Shown here: positions 1-10,625 of the stretch, piece after piece
How positions within the stretch are numbered: position 1 is the first letter of the stretch
Layout of the letters: each line of letters opens with the position of its first letter
NCBI GenBank assembly: GCA_018646625.1
Contig: JABGUJ010000001.1
Coordinates: 317,534 to 381,533, forward strand
DNA from: Candidatus Woesearchaeota archaeon
Lineage (GTDB): Archaea; Nanobdellota; Nanobdellia; Woesearchaeales; JABGUJ01
Direction of reading: 5' to 3'
Length of the DNA stretch: 64,000 nt
The notes under the pieces: generated by a model
Told to the model about the DNA's origin: nothing
Database searches by the model: none
What the model saw: the letters and a program-made list of their open reading frames with translations, nothing else
Translations under genes and position numbers: made by a program

Positions 1-1049
1 ACAACCAACAAATGCTTCGGCATCTTAGTCAAAAGTTCTTTCCCTTTTGCCGTAACCAAAACATCATCCTCAATTCTAATACCATACTTCCCTTTCAAAT
101 AAACACCAGGTTCAATTGTAATAACATTACCTGGAACTAGTTTATGTTTAGATTTTGGAGAAACAGAAGGACCTTCATGCACTCCAACACCAACACCATG
201 ACCTAAACCATGACAAAAGTCAGAACCAAGTATCTTTCTAGCATGCAAATCAATATCCATACACCTAACACCTGGCTTAACCATATCGAGACACTCAAGC
301 TGAACCTTTAACACCTTCTCATACAACAACAAATCTGCTTTCTTCGGCTTACCAATGAACACAGTCCTAGTCATATCAGAACAATAATTATGATACCTAA
401 TTCCAAAATCTATAACACAAAATCCTTTTTTCAATTTACAATCAGAAACTTCAAAATGAGCTTCACTAGAATGCACTCCAGAAGCCACTATCGGTTTAAA
501 CGAAAGCTGCAAACCTTGAGAATTGGCTAACGCAGTCATAAAAGCGGCAACATCTGATTCTCTCTCAAATTCATCAAAGTGAGAAAACGTTTCATAATAA
601 ATTTCTTCAGTAATCTTACATGCTTTTTTCATTATAGCAATTTCTTCGGCACTCTTCACTTCACGAAGTGAGGACAAGTAATCGGAAATATCGACAAATG
701 ACAACTTTGCCTTAATCTTTTTCTTAAGCAAAGAAGATCCCTTCAACGTAACAGAAGAATAATCCAACGCTACCCTCATACCTGAACGTAACTTACCAGA
801 AACAAAAGCAAATATATCATCTCTAGCAACAACTTTGCTAAACGCCTTTTCAGCACTCTGCTGCTCCATCCTGGGCACCACCAAAATAGCAGCACCAGAT
901 TTAGGAACTACTAAAACACCAACTCCATGAAATTTTGACAAGTAAATAAAATTCTCATTAATGTTCTGGGCATGGAAATTATAAAGAATACTATAATCAA
1001 TCTTCTTTTCACGCATATGCTTCTGTAATCTTTTTACTACATCTACCAT
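1..1049 (-). CDS. Xaa-Pro aminopeptidase (M24 family), 3' end runs off the window
   Basis: Not in ORF track. Own translation from ATG 1049 gives MVDVVKRLQKHM..., with M24 motifs DFGIRYHNYCSDMTRT, HGLGHGVGVGVHEGP and TIEPGVYLKGKYGIRIEDDV. Confidence 0.9.
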   Translation of the reverse strand, partial: MVDVVKRLQKHMREKKIDYSILYNFHAQNINENFIYLSKFHGVGVLVVPKSGAAILVVPRMEQQSAEKAFSKVVARDDIFAFVSGKLRSGMRVALDYSSVTLKGSSLLKKKIKAKLSFVDISDYLSSLREVKSAEEIAIMKKACKITEEIYYETFSHFDEFERESDVAAFMTALANSQGLQLSFKPIVASGVHSSEAHFEVSDCKLKKGFCVIDFGIRYHNYCSDMTRTVFIGKPKKADLLLYEKVLKVQLECLDMVKPGVRCMDIDLHARKILGSDFCHGLGHGVGVGVHEGPSVSPKSKHKLVPGNVITIEPGVYLKGKYGIRIEDDVLVTAKGKELLTKMPKHLLV

Positions 1050-1093
1050 AACCCACCAAAAGCGTTAAATATTACTTAAACCTTTCTCAAAGC

Positions 1094-2290
1094 ATGAGGA
1101 AAAAGAGGTTGAAGAACGGATTAACCCTAATCCAAGTTCCACAGAATTCTAAATCTATAACTATAATGGTTTGTGTAAAGGTAGGGTCAAATAATGAAAC
1201 CACCAAACAAGCAGGTCTTAGTCATTTTCTTGAACACATGATATTTGAAGGAACAAAAAAGAGATCTGCAAGAGAGATTGCTGAAAGTATAGAGAAAGTA
1301 GGAGGAGAATTTAATGCAATGACCTCTAATGAAAGAACATGCTTCTATGTGAAGTTGCCCCATGAACATGCGGAACTTGGCGCAGAAATATTACATGACA
1401 TAATTACTAACTCAACATTCGAACTCAAAGCATTCGATAAAGAGAAAAAAGTTGTCTTAGAAGAGATAAACATGGTTAACGACCAACCACTACATTATCA
1501 ATGGATTCTATTTGAGAAAAGTTTGTTTACAAAAATACCTACAAAAGATCCAATCTATGGTAACAGCAAAGCAGTAAAAGCATCTACTAAACAGATGATG
1601 AAGTTGTATCACGATAAATACTACGTACCAAATAACATGATTGTTACAACTGTAGGCAATCACAAAAAACTCAAGACTATAGAAAAAAGATTCTCACAGT
1701 TAAAGAGAAAACCTGTAAAGGCGCTTAAGATCATAAAAGAACCAACACAAAAGAAAGAAAAGACAGTAACAGAGAATAGAAAAAACGTTCAAAGTTATGC
1801 AATCATCGGATACAAAACAGTGCCAAGAGCACACAAAGACAGTTATGCTTTAGACGTCATAAAAGCAATTTTATACAAAGGATTGTCTGGTAAGGTCACT
1901 GAAGAAATCAGGTTAAAAAGAGGATTAGCATACTCCGCAGGAGCACATCATGAATCCATGAAAGATTATGGTTTTTTCTCAATATTCTTCAACACAAACA
2001 AGCCAAGTTTAAACAAATGTAAAGAATTAGGATTAGCAGTCATAGCAAACATAGGTAACACAACACAAAAAGAGCTAAAAGAAGCCAAAACATTTATTGC
2101 AGGGCATAGTCAACTTAAATCAGAAGATCCTATAAGACTGGCTGAAGATCTTGTGTTCTGGGAATCAGTAAAAGACGCTAAAAAAGCTAACGAATATCTA
2201 AAAGAAATCAAAAAAGTAGACTTAAAAAGATTAAAAAGTGTAGCCACAAAATATCTAAACCAAAACTACACCATGATTGTTGTAAATTAA
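1094..2290 (+). CDS. M16 family zinc peptidase (pitrilysin-like)
   Basis: Inverted zinc motif HFLEH, GGEFNAMTSNERT, IRLKRGLAYS. Confidence 0.93.
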   Translation: MRKKRLKNGLTLIQVPQNSKSITIMVCVKVGSNNETTKQAGLSHFLEHMIFEGTKKRSAREIAESIEKVGGEFNAMTSNERTCFYVKLPHEHAELGAEILHDIITNSTFELKAFDKEKKVVLEEINMVNDQPLHYQWILFEKSLFTKIPTKDPIYGNSKAVKASTKQMMKLYHDKYYVPNNMIVTTVGNHKKLKTIEKRFSQLKRKPVKALKIIKEPTQKKEKTVTENRKNVQSYAIIGYKTVPRAHKDSYALDVIKAILYKGLSGKVTEEIRLKRGLAYSAGAHHESMKDYGFFSIFFNTNKPSLNKCKELGLAVIANIGNTTQKELKEAKTFIAGHSQLKSEDPIRLAEDLVFWESVKDAKKANEYLKEIKKVDLKRLKSVATKYLNQNYTMIVVN

Positions 2291-3363
2291 CGAGTCACTT
2301 CAAAACTTTGAACTTGTTCTAACAACTTCTTTGCATCGGCATCGTTCTCAAAATGTTCTCGCACCGGTTTAACCATTTCGTTAACATAATGAGACACAGC
2401 TTGCTTCAAATCAGCAGGATGCAAATCACCTTTGCCAAAAGCATCTTCCAGCTCAGAGTAACTCTTAAACAACATGTTGCCGCCCCACTTTTCAGGTCGC
2501 TCAATCTTCAACTCATCAAATTTTTCAAATACCAAAAACTTACAGTATTCAAGAATTGGATTATCAACGATCTCTTTCTCAGGACAGTATGCTTTGTTGA
2601 TCTTCCTTTTAATCTCGTCTGCAGCATCAGTCATAAAAATAGCAGAGTCTGGATTCGACTTCGACATCTTTTTAGCAATTGCAGCATCCGCACCAGTAAG
2701 ATCGTTCTTAGGAGGTTCAGTTAAGCCCATAAGCATGTGGTGAGAAATAACAATTGGCTTTTTGTATCCTAATTTAGGCGCCACTTCTCTAGCCAACACA
2801 TTCACTTTTCTTTGATCTTGACCTAGCTGCGCAATATCTGCTTCTAAGTGAAAAATATCAGCACACTGCATGCAAGGATAAAATATCTGAGCAGCCGACA
2901 AACTTTCGCCTTCACTTCTACCCATAATTTGTGCGCATCTTGTAATTCTAGTAACGGTATTCAATCTTGCAATACTCAAAACCTTCAACCAATAATCAGT
3001 ATCATTCATAACATCACTTGCCCAAAGGAACTCTACATTTTCCAAATCCATCCCACAAGCTTTCCAAACTTCAATGAAATATTTTCCAGTAACCTTGATC
3101 TTCTCAAGATCGCCACCCATTTTGTTATTCATTAACGCAAACCAATCAGCAACCCAAAACTTAAATTTAACACCTGCTTTAGTCAGCTTGTTAACATTAA
3201 TCGCTCTAAGAATTCCTTGCGCAATATGTATTCTACCTGATGGCTCAAATCCATCGTAAGCAATAGGATTTTCTTTTGTTTCCAAAAGTTGCTTTAACTC
3301 CTCTTCATTAATAATCTCTTCTCCAACTTGCTTAATCAGATTTAGCTTCGAATCAGTATCCAT
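2287..3363 (-). CDS. tyrS: Tyrosyl-tRNA synthetase (archaeal type)
   Basis: YDGFEPSGRIHIAQG, YPCMQCADIF, KMSKS. Confidence 0.96.
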   Translation of the reverse strand: MDTDSKLNLIKQVGEEIINEEELKQLLETKENPIAYDGFEPSGRIHIAQGILRAINVNKLTKAGVKFKFWVADWFALMNNKMGGDLEKIKVTGKYFIEVWKACGMDLENVEFLWASDVMNDTDYWLKVLSIARLNTVTRITRCAQIMGRSEGESLSAAQIFYPCMQCADIFHLEADIAQLGQDQRKVNVLAREVAPKLGYKKPIVISHHMLMGLTEPPKNDLTGADAAIAKKMSKSNPDSAIFMTDAADEIKRKINKAYCPEKEIVDNPILEYCKFLVFEKFDELKIERPEKWGGNMLFKSYSELEDAFGKGDLHPADLKQAVSHYVNEMVKPVREHFENDADAKKLLEQVQSFEVTR

Positions 3364-3398
3364 TCAAATCACCTACAACTGGTTCTTAATATGCTTAT

Positions 3399-4379
3399 TT
3401 AAAGTTTTTGCTGATCCGCGCCAGATACAGTGCGATCCGCAAGACAATAACCGTCGCACTTACCAGATTTACGTTTTTCACATTCAATGCACTCTTCAGA
3501 AGAATAACAACTTAATAAAGATTTAACTGTTTGGTGGTCATTGATTTCGTACAAAAGTTCATCATATGAATTAAAAGCTGTAATCTTCTTATCAATCAGC
3601 ATAAAATATGGACAAATTCCTACTGTTAAATCGGGATTAACATTCAATACCCCGCAAGTCACATCAGAATATCCTCGTGAATTAAGATCAAATTCACGCA
3701 CATCCTCATCAGGAAATAAACATTTGGGCAGAGGACAATCAAAATGCACCTTAACCCCAATATCATCCGCTGCCTTGATTATATCAAGTATTCCTACCCT
3801 ATATTTTTTTATTTCAGATAATTTGACATGGGTATTGCATTTAGTCAGAGCGGGTCTAGCCACATCTATTCTCATCTTACTAAAACCAAAGCGTTTACAA
3901 TAATCTAGAATATGATCAGCCCTCTGTTCAGGAGAACGCAAGGTAAGTCCTAATGAAACCCGTTCTTTAACTTTTGAAAGATATTCTAAATTAGAAACAA
4001 ACAAATCATGCTGCCCGGACATATATGATTCAGGAGAATCGGTGTTAACAAGAATTGAAACAACCCCTTTCAAAAATAAAGTATCAACTCTTTCTCTGAA
4101 ACATAATAAATTAGTAAATAAACTTACTTTAAAATTAGACTCACAAAGCAGCCTAACAAAATTTTGAAAATCAGGATGCAAAGTTGGCTCTCCGCCAGCA
4201 AGAGAAATGCCTTCAACATTCTGCTTTTTGCACCAATTAACAAAAAGCATGAAATCCAACTTACTCATTGTCAAAGATTTCTTCACATACTGAAAACAGT
4301 ATTCACAAGAGCGATTACAATCTGAAGTAAATATCAAAGTCAGATTTCCTTTTGGAGGATTCAAAGATTGTGACACCAT
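3399..4379 (-). CDS. Radical SAM protein with SPASM-type C-terminal Cys cluster
   Basis: CNRSCEYC (CxxxCxxC), GGEPTLHP, C-terminal C..CP..CIEC..CDGYC; start chosen at the first ATG. Confidence 0.88.
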   Translation of the reverse strand: MVSQSLNPPKGNLTLIFTSDCNRSCEYCFQYVKKSLTMSKLDFMLFVNWCKKQNVEGISLAGGEPTLHPDFQNFVRLLCESNFKVSLFTNLLCFRERVDTLFLKGVVSILVNTDSPESYMSGQHDLFVSNLEYLSKVKERVSLGLTLRSPEQRADHILDYCKRFGFSKMRIDVARPALTKCNTHVKLSEIKKYRVGILDIIKAADDIGVKVHFDCPLPKCLFPDEDVREFDLNSRGYSDVTCGVLNVNPDLTVGICPYFMLIDKKITAFNSYDELLYEINDHQTVKSLLSCYSSEECIECEKRKSGKCDGYCLADRTVSGADQQKL

Positions 4380-4535
4380 AAGAAAGGCATATTCCCTCAA
4401 CTTATAAAAACGTTTCTAGAAGCTCTAAAAGTAACGAAATACAAATAATCAGAAATCAGACCCACCAAAACATTTATATACAAAAGCGCATACCAATATA
4501 GCAATTAGGGGTTAAACTCAAAAGAGGGATACTAT

Positions 4536-4799
4536 ATGGCTGAAGAAGAAAAGAAGTTCTCTAAACAACTAATCGGTAAGACTGTTGTTTCTAAAACAGG
4601 AAAGAAATTTGGCGAAGTTGGCGACATTGTCTTTGAAACTCGTTCAGGCGAGCTAATACATCTACTACTGACTAATCCTACTGTTTATGTGGAAAAACTA
4701 GACTTAGAAAAAGACAAAGACAACAATTTGCTGATACCATTTAGCTCAGTGATAGCTGTCGGGGACTTTTTAGTTGTTGCAGAGGAAGATATTGCATAA
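4536..4799 (+). CDS. PRC-barrel domain protein (CdpB-like, possibly cell division)
   Basis: LIGKTVVSKTGKKFGEVGDIVFE..SGEL and LLIPFSSVIAVGDFLVV match the PRC-barrel pattern. Confidence 0.85.
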   Translation: MAEEEKKFSKQLIGKTVVSKTGKKFGEVGDIVFETRSGELIHLLLTNPTVYVEKLDLEKDKDNNLLIPFSSVIAVGDFLVVAEEDIA

Positions 4800-4891
4800 G
4801 CTCATATAACGAGCTATTTTTTGTTTTTACTTCTCTATAATCTAAGAAAAGCTTTTATACTAGCAAATATTAATTTTTAAAGGGTGTTTAT

Positions 4892-5845
4892 ATGGAATAC
4901 ACAATATGGACTGAGAAATACAGACCACAGACCTTCTCAGAAGTTAAAGGGCAACAAGAAATAATCAAACGAGTAGAAGCATTTGTAACACAAAAAAACA
5001 TGCCTCATCTGTTATTTTCAGGTCCTGCAGGAGTTGGTAAAACTACCCTCTCCTTAGTTATTGCAAAAACACTCTTCGGTCCACAATGGAGACAAAACGT
5101 TCTGGAACTAAACGCCTCTGATGAAAGAGGAATCGATGTTGTACGAAATAAAGTAAAAGACTTTGCAAGAACTAAAGCTATCGGCGACGTACCTTTCAAA
5201 ATCATATATCTAGATGAGTGTGACGCTTTAACTAAAGAAGCACAGCAAGCTCTTAGAAGAACCATGGAAAACTACACTCAAACTTGTAGATTTATTCTAA
5301 GCTGCAACTATAGCAGCAAGATTATTGATCCTATACAGTCCAGATGTGCTATTTTCAGATTCAAACCTCTTCCTAAAGAAGAAATATTCAAAATTATTGA
5401 TAAGATTAAAAAAACAGAATCACTTTCCATAACTGACGAAGCCAAAGAAGCACTATACGTCATCTCTGGCGGAGACGTTAGACGATTAGAAAACGTACTT
5501 CAAAGCTGTTCAGCACTACAAAAAGATATTGACGGAGAATTAGTATATTCCTTGGCAAGCGTTGCCAGACCAAAAGAAATCAAAGAAATCCTCGAATTCG
5601 CATTAAAAAATCAATTCATGAAAGCCAGAGACCATTTATTAAGCACAATGTTGAACTATGGTTTATCAGGTCAAGACGTTATTCAACAAATTCAAAGAGA
5701 AATAATGAATTTGGATGTTGATGGACGAAAAAAGATGGAATTAATCGCTGCCTGCGGCGACGTTGAATTTAGAATGACGGAAGGCAGTGACGAATATGTT
5801 CAATTAGAATCATTCCTTGCAAAAACGGCACTTGCCGGCAAGTAA
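4892..5845 (+). CDS. rfcS: Replication factor C small subunit
   Basis: WTEKYRP, GPAGVGKTT, ELNASDERG, SRC motif. Confidence 0.97.
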   Translation: MEYTIWTEKYRPQTFSEVKGQQEIIKRVEAFVTQKNMPHLLFSGPAGVGKTTLSLVIAKTLFGPQWRQNVLELNASDERGIDVVRNKVKDFARTKAIGDVPFKIIYLDECDALTKEAQQALRRTMENYTQTCRFILSCNYSSKIIDPIQSRCAIFRFKPLPKEEIFKIIDKIKKTESLSITDEAKEALYVISGGDVRRLENVLQSCSALQKDIDGELVYSLASVARPKEIKEILEFALKNQFMKARDHLLSTMLNYGLSGQDVIQQIQREIMNLDVDGRKKMELIAACGDVEFRMTEGSDEYVQLESFLAKTALAGK

Positions 5846-5851
5846 TCTCAG

Positions 5852-6760
5852 ATGGAACAAAAAAAAGAGGGTGTAGGAGAAAAGAACGAGCTGCTTCATA
5901 GCTTAATTAGCAGCAATAAACTTCTTAGCGATGCTAATGCAGAATTAGGTGCACATCTACAAGATAAAAGCACAGAATTAACTGCACTAAAAACTCAACT
6001 TAACGATCTTCTTGAAAATACCGTTAGCAAAGATCAATTTGAAAAAATCCGAGTACATATTTCTAGAAAAAATGAAACTTTAATCAAATTAAATTCTGAG
6101 ATTGAAGATCTAAGAAAAAACAACATAACTGGTGACGCATTAATTGGTGTACTAGGTAAGCTAAAAATCGCATTAAAGAATGAAAAAATAGAAAATTCTC
6201 TGAAAGAAAAAGACATACAAAGACTAAAGATATTCTTAGATGAACGAGAAGAAATCATCAAGACATTAATGCATGAAACAGAAGACGCCAAAAGTTACGC
6301 CAAGCAAGCAGAAAAAATGCTCGGCACCGTACAAGAAAAATCCCACGCTAAAGACGATCTTCTTGCCAAATTAAACCAAGAAGTCGAAGAAAACAAACTC
6401 AAAACAATAGAAGCCAAACAACATCTTACTACAACAAAGAAAAGTTACGCAGTTCTTAAAGAACACATTAAGTCCATTGAAGGAGAAAATTCTAAACTAT
6501 TAGCGGATAACAATAATCTAAAACAAACTAAATCAAAGATATTAGAAATAACAAAAGAAAATCAAACACTCAAAAGCAAACTATCCACTATAAAGAACAG
6601 CCACGATGAAAAACATTCACTCTTGATAAACAACGTCGAACTTCTCGAAACATTAAGAACTGAATTAGACAATGTCAAAAGAGAATCTGCACTAAAAAGC
6701 AACAAACAAAAAGAGCTTATTGATGGCTTCATCGCAGAAACAAGAAATAAGATAAACTAG
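5852..6760 (+). CDS. Hypothetical coiled-coil protein
   Basis: Long ORF, K/E/L-rich heptad pattern, 6 bp downstream of rfcS. Confidence 0.7.
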   Translation: MEQKKEGVGEKNELLHSLISSNKLLSDANAELGAHLQDKSTELTALKTQLNDLLENTVSKDQFEKIRVHISRKNETLIKLNSEIEDLRKNNITGDALIGVLGKLKIALKNEKIENSLKEKDIQRLKIFLDEREEIIKTLMHETEDAKSYAKQAEKMLGTVQEKSHAKDDLLAKLNQEVEENKLKTIEAKQHLTTTKKSYAVLKEHIKSIEGENSKLLADNNNLKQTKSKILEITKENQTLKSKLSTIKNSHDEKHSLLINNVELLETLRTELDNVKRESALKSNKQKELIDGFIAETRNKIN

Positions 6761-6797
6761 TTCTATTAAAAAAACAAGAAAGAGAAAAATAAAAAAA

Positions 6798-7751
6798 TTA
6801 ACTGTTGTCAAATGAGTCTACATCTGAATTTACTGTTATGGTTTGACCAATGATGTCTTGATACCAATAATCCAATATTAAATCCATTTGTGAAGTGTAC
6901 AAAGCCTTATCTGGCAATGGGCTACTTCTACATCTGATGTAAACAGCTCCTTGAGACAATCTTGCAGTTGCTGGTTGACCTGGTGCAATAGCTCCTGATC
7001 CTCTAGAAGTACACTCCCAAGTTACTTGGTCTCCTGCTTTTTGAACAAGCTGGAAAGTTACTTCATCATATCTAGGATCAACGTCTGTCACAGAGTCAAC
7101 TCTTGCTTTACCAGTTCCAACATTTGCTATTTCAACTTCAACCATCACTCTTCCCTGACCTGCAGGTTTTTGAGATGCCTTGGTTGCAATTATTGGAGCT
7201 CCAGATGAGAATACAGGTAATGCTGGTTGTGTTGCATCACAAATTCTTTCATCTCTCAAGTCTTCTTTAAAGCAAACTTGAGGTAAAGCTATATGTGTTT
7301 GATAGTGATAATCAATCTCTGCAAAGAAATTTGCTTCGTAAAATGTTCCAGGAACATTTGTCATGGCAGCTTCTCCAAAGTTAAGAAACTCTGTTCCACC
7401 TTCTGGCAAAAATTCAGAAACTCTTTCAATTATCATAGGATTACTTACTTCTCCGTTCAAAGCAGAACCAAATTCAGCAAGGTTAATGCCTTTAATGGAT
7501 GCAATAAGTTCTCCGGCTTCAAGTGTGTATTCGCCCTTATTCAATACTTGAATATCAACAGGAAAGATCTCCCCCTCAAAAACTGCATTAGTTGTTGACG
7601 CTTGAGATGTTCCACCGACTGGCTCAAAGCTTGCAATAATTCCTTGACTTCCTCCATAATATGGACTAGAAAGTGTACTAACCTCTCCGCCTCCACATCC
7701 TGATACAAAGACCAATGCAAACGCCATTAGAGCAATCAAGATTCTTTTCAT
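6798..7751 (-). CDS. Putative lipoprotein of unknown function, paralog family A
   Basis: Lipobox FVSGC; shared motifs Y.Y.T...VC, SSGAP, D/TY.Y; SD GGAGG upstream. Confidence 0.8.
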   Translation of the reverse strand: MKRILIALMAFALVFVSGCGGGEVSTLSSPYYGGSQGIIASFEPVGGTSQASTTNAVFEGEIFPVDIQVLNKGEYTLEAGELIASIKGINLAEFGSALNGEVSNPMIIERVSEFLPEGGTEFLNFGEAAMTNVPGTFYEANFFAEIDYHYQTHIALPQVCFKEDLRDERICDATQPALPVFSSGAPIIATKASQKPAGQGRVMVEVEIANVGTGKARVDSVTDVDPRYDEVTFQLVQKAGDQVTWECTSRGSGAIAPGQPATARLSQGAVYIRCRSSPLPDKALYTSQMDLILDYWYQDIIGQTITVNSDVDSFDNS

Positions 7752-7817
7752 GATGTCTCGCCTCCTTTTTAATGAATAATTATGGATGATGAATATAAAT
7801 AATTACCGATATATTCA

Positions 7818-8843
7818 CTAATATCCTCTATTCCCTATGTTTTTTATGTTAAGTTGTTGTGTTATACTCGTTTTATAGCCATAATACAAGTTAACCTGAA
7901 TGGGTGTTGTATATTCTCTGTCTTGTCCAAACGCTGGTTGCGCTTCAGCATATATAACCCCTTTCCCATTTACTAGTTTCAATTTTTCTGGTTTCACAGA
8001 ATCTACAGAGATAGATCCTGCCCCAACGATTATGTTAGTGTTAAGAACATCAATAGAATCAATTTCATTATATTCCAAAGTTTTTTCACATGAAAAACTA
8101 GGATCAGAAACAACTCTGCCATTACCTTTATTCTCAACATGTATTTTGAACATCATTTTTTGTCCTGGTACAATCTCATGTTCAATTTTAGTAACAGCCA
8201 ACGGAGCACCTTGTCCCCCGCTTAATGAAATATCATTTACTTGACAAATTTTACTCTCTTGTTCTATCGAGTAAGGATCGGGATCAATACAAATTGTAGC
8301 AGATGCATGTGTTGCATAAGGATAACACGCAATTAAATTAAGTGTTGGTGTATAATGATCTGTTGCGGGAGGTAAGTATACATCTCTAATTGAAAACTCT
8401 CCTTTAGAACCAAACACATCAAATCCCCCTTCGCCGTTAAACTCGGAAACAGGAGGCAAATCTGAATTCACTGGCGCAGCCATGGGAGTTGATAATCCGT
8501 GAACAATATTAGGATCAAACCCGGTCATGAATAATTGTATCGCGCCTTGTCTTATTGGTTCGGCACCTTTATTTCTCAACTCTATTATCAAAGGAACTTC
8601 ATCATTAGCATTGGCATACACTATTGGTGGTGGCGTTCCTGGAGCAAAACTCATCTCCAATCCGCTTGTTCCAGTATATGGATCAAAACCTAATTTGCCT
8701 GAACCACCTTTACTACCAGACCCTCCACTCCCTCGTATCTCGCTTATACTACATCCACTAAATGCTAAAATAAAAACTGAAAGAATTACAAAAAGTCTAA
8801 CGACACTCATACATCTCATCTCTTTTTTCATGTAAACATACAC
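7818..8843 (-). CDS. Putative lipoprotein of unknown function, paralog family A
   Basis: Lipobox FSGC, G/S linker, CYPYATHASATICIDP, QGAPLAVTKI, YYGY; exact start uncertain. Confidence 0.8.
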   Translation of the reverse strand: MYVYMKKEMRCMSVVRLFVILSVFILAFSGCSISEIRGSGGSGSKGGSGKLGFDPYTGTSGLEMSFAPGTPPPIVYANANDEVPLIIELRNKGAEPIRQGAIQLFMTGFDPNIVHGLSTPMAAPVNSDLPPVSEFNGEGGFDVFGSKGEFSIRDVYLPPATDHYTPTLNLIACYPYATHASATICIDPDPYSIEQESKICQVNDISLSGGQGAPLAVTKIEHEIVPGQKMMFKIHVENKGNGRVVSDPSFSCEKTLEYNEIDSIDVLNTNIIVGAGSISVDSVKPEKLKLVNGKGVIYAEAQPAFGQDREYTTPIQVNLYYGYKTSITQQLNIKNIGNRGY

Positions 8844-8887
8844 CTTTTATAGCATATTTAAAGCTTTCGTTCATACCGTCTGAAAAC

Positions 8888-9922
8888 TCAATAAACAACA
8901 ACTGCAGGGTCTCTTCGGATCAAGACTTCTGATGAAATTGTTTTAGTATACCCATAAGTTAATTCTATTTCTAATAACGTTTCAAACGCAAGAATATTTT
9001 GTGGAATAAATTGATCTGGATTCACGACTTCACAAAGTATATTGTCACGCTCATAAGTTAACCTAAACGGCGGAGTAGGATTACATTTCAACGACACACC
9101 ATTTAATCTAACATCAATATAATAAGTATTAAAATCACCATAAGTAATGGCTTTAGCAGAACAAGCTTGTTGTATTTTATCAGGATTAAACACTTCTCCA
9201 TCGCCGACGTTCTGTATTCTTATCTGAAAAGCTGGCCTAAACATAATGACATCATCTAATTTTTCATCTGCAGGCAACATTTTGGGAATCACTTCAGTAA
9301 CCGCCACTGGCGCACCTTGATCAGACATTGATGCCGGTTGCATTTCGCAAGATTTTTCAACGTCCTGCACCCTATCATACATATCAGGATCTAAACAAAC
9401 TAACGGTCTTGCATGAGTTTTGTAACGATAGCATCCCGTAACCAAAATATTACTTCTATGAGTTTCTGTTTGTCTATCAATATGTTTTGCATTCACATTG
9501 TAAAATAAACCAACTCTCTCTCCATGCGGGGATTCAATAGATTTCCCCATAAGATTAAATTTCATCGAAGGATCAGAACTCGAACCTGTGAAAATATCGG
9601 GTGAAGAAACCTCCCATGTTTCTCCCTCTACTGGTTTCATATATTGATCTTCTAAACTAACAGTAATATAACCATCAAGAATATCTTGTGCACCTTCATT
9701 ACTCAGATCAACACCAACCTTAAAATTATGTCCTTCTATGACATCATCAGGTGGCGCATTCTTCATAAATTCCATCTCCAGACCTTGTGTTCCTTCATAG
9801 ATGTCAACTTTAGTTATTGATGCAGACCCTTGGCCTCCGCCTCCAACCATAGAACATCCTGTAAACAAGAGCATTGTAATAATAGAAATAAGTGCCAGAA
9901 ACCTCTTAAACCCTCTTTTCAT
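8888..9922 (-). CDS. Putative lipoprotein of unknown function, paralog family A
   Basis: Lipobox FTGC, CYRYKTHARPLVCLDP, QGAPVAVTEV, TYGY. Confidence 0.8.
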   Translation of the reverse strand: MKRGFKRFLALISIITMLLFTGCSMVGGGGQGSASITKVDIYEGTQGLEMEFMKNAPPDDVIEGHNFKVGVDLSNEGAQDILDGYITVSLEDQYMKPVEGETWEVSSPDIFTGSSSDPSMKFNLMGKSIESPHGERVGLFYNVNAKHIDRQTETHRSNILVTGCYRYKTHARPLVCLDPDMYDRVQDVEKSCEMQPASMSDQGAPVAVTEVIPKMLPADEKLDDVIMFRPAFQIRIQNVGDGEVFNPDKIQQACSAKAITYGDFNTYYIDVRLNGVSLKCNPTPPFRLTYERDNILCEVVNPDQFIPQNILAFETLLEIELTYGYTKTISSEVLIRRDPAVVVY

Positions 9923-10017
9923 AGGATATTTAAAATAAACTGCCTATAAATAACTTTCTGTTGAATTTGATTTATAAAGACTTAGAAAGATTTATATAGT
10001 AAACTTGTCACTTAAAA

Positions 10018-10575
10018 GTGACGAAAATGATAGAATCTATAGATTCCATTGCTGGCGGCGGGAAAAGAGCGATTGCAGGATTAGCATTACTAGCTATGCT
10101 AACTGGTTGTTCCGCATTTCAAAGAATTGGTAGACAATGGGAAAAAGATCTTGATCATTATGTGGCAGAGCCTGCGAAAGGAATTGCCGCAATCGCAGTT
10201 GGCGCAGGTAAAACATTAGTTTACGATCCTGATTCTGACAGCATTATTATTGGTGTAGCAAAAGGTGTTGCATCTGGTGGATATCACATAGTAAATGGCG
10301 CCGTATCAATTGGTGACACTGCAATAACTGTTACAACTGACATGTTCAAAAGATTTGAATTCTGCTACGGTACCGGTTATTTAGATGGACCATACTGGGT
10401 AACTGATCAAGGAAAATATTCTATCGAAAGAGGCGAAACTCTTGATGAAACATGTAGTTGGCAAAAAAGTGTTGATCCGCAACATAATACAAGACCACCA
10501 AGAGTTAAAGAAAAACCAAGAACTAATCCATACCAACACAGACCATACTCTCCCCGTACAGGACATAGAGGATAG
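10018..10575 (+). CDS. Hypothetical lipoprotein
   Basis: Hydrophobic stretch with LTGC lipobox, Gly-zipper-like segments. Confidence 0.65.
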   Translation: MTKMIESIDSIAGGGKRAIAGLALLAMLTGCSAFQRIGRQWEKDLDHYVAEPAKGIAAIAVGAGKTLVYDPDSDSIIIGVAKGVASGGYHIVNGAVSIGDTAITVTTDMFKRFEFCYGTGYLDGPYWVTDQGKYSIERGETLDETCSWQKSVDPQHNTRPPRVKEKPRTNPYQHRPYSPRTGHRG

Positions 10576-10625
10576 ACATTTCTAGAACAAACTTTATATA
10601 CGCATCTTTATTCTATTTTATAAAT

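Noticed and set aside
5852..6760. Coiled-coil ORF as an SMC/Rad50 protein
   Set aside because: No Walker A/B, signature or hinge motifs
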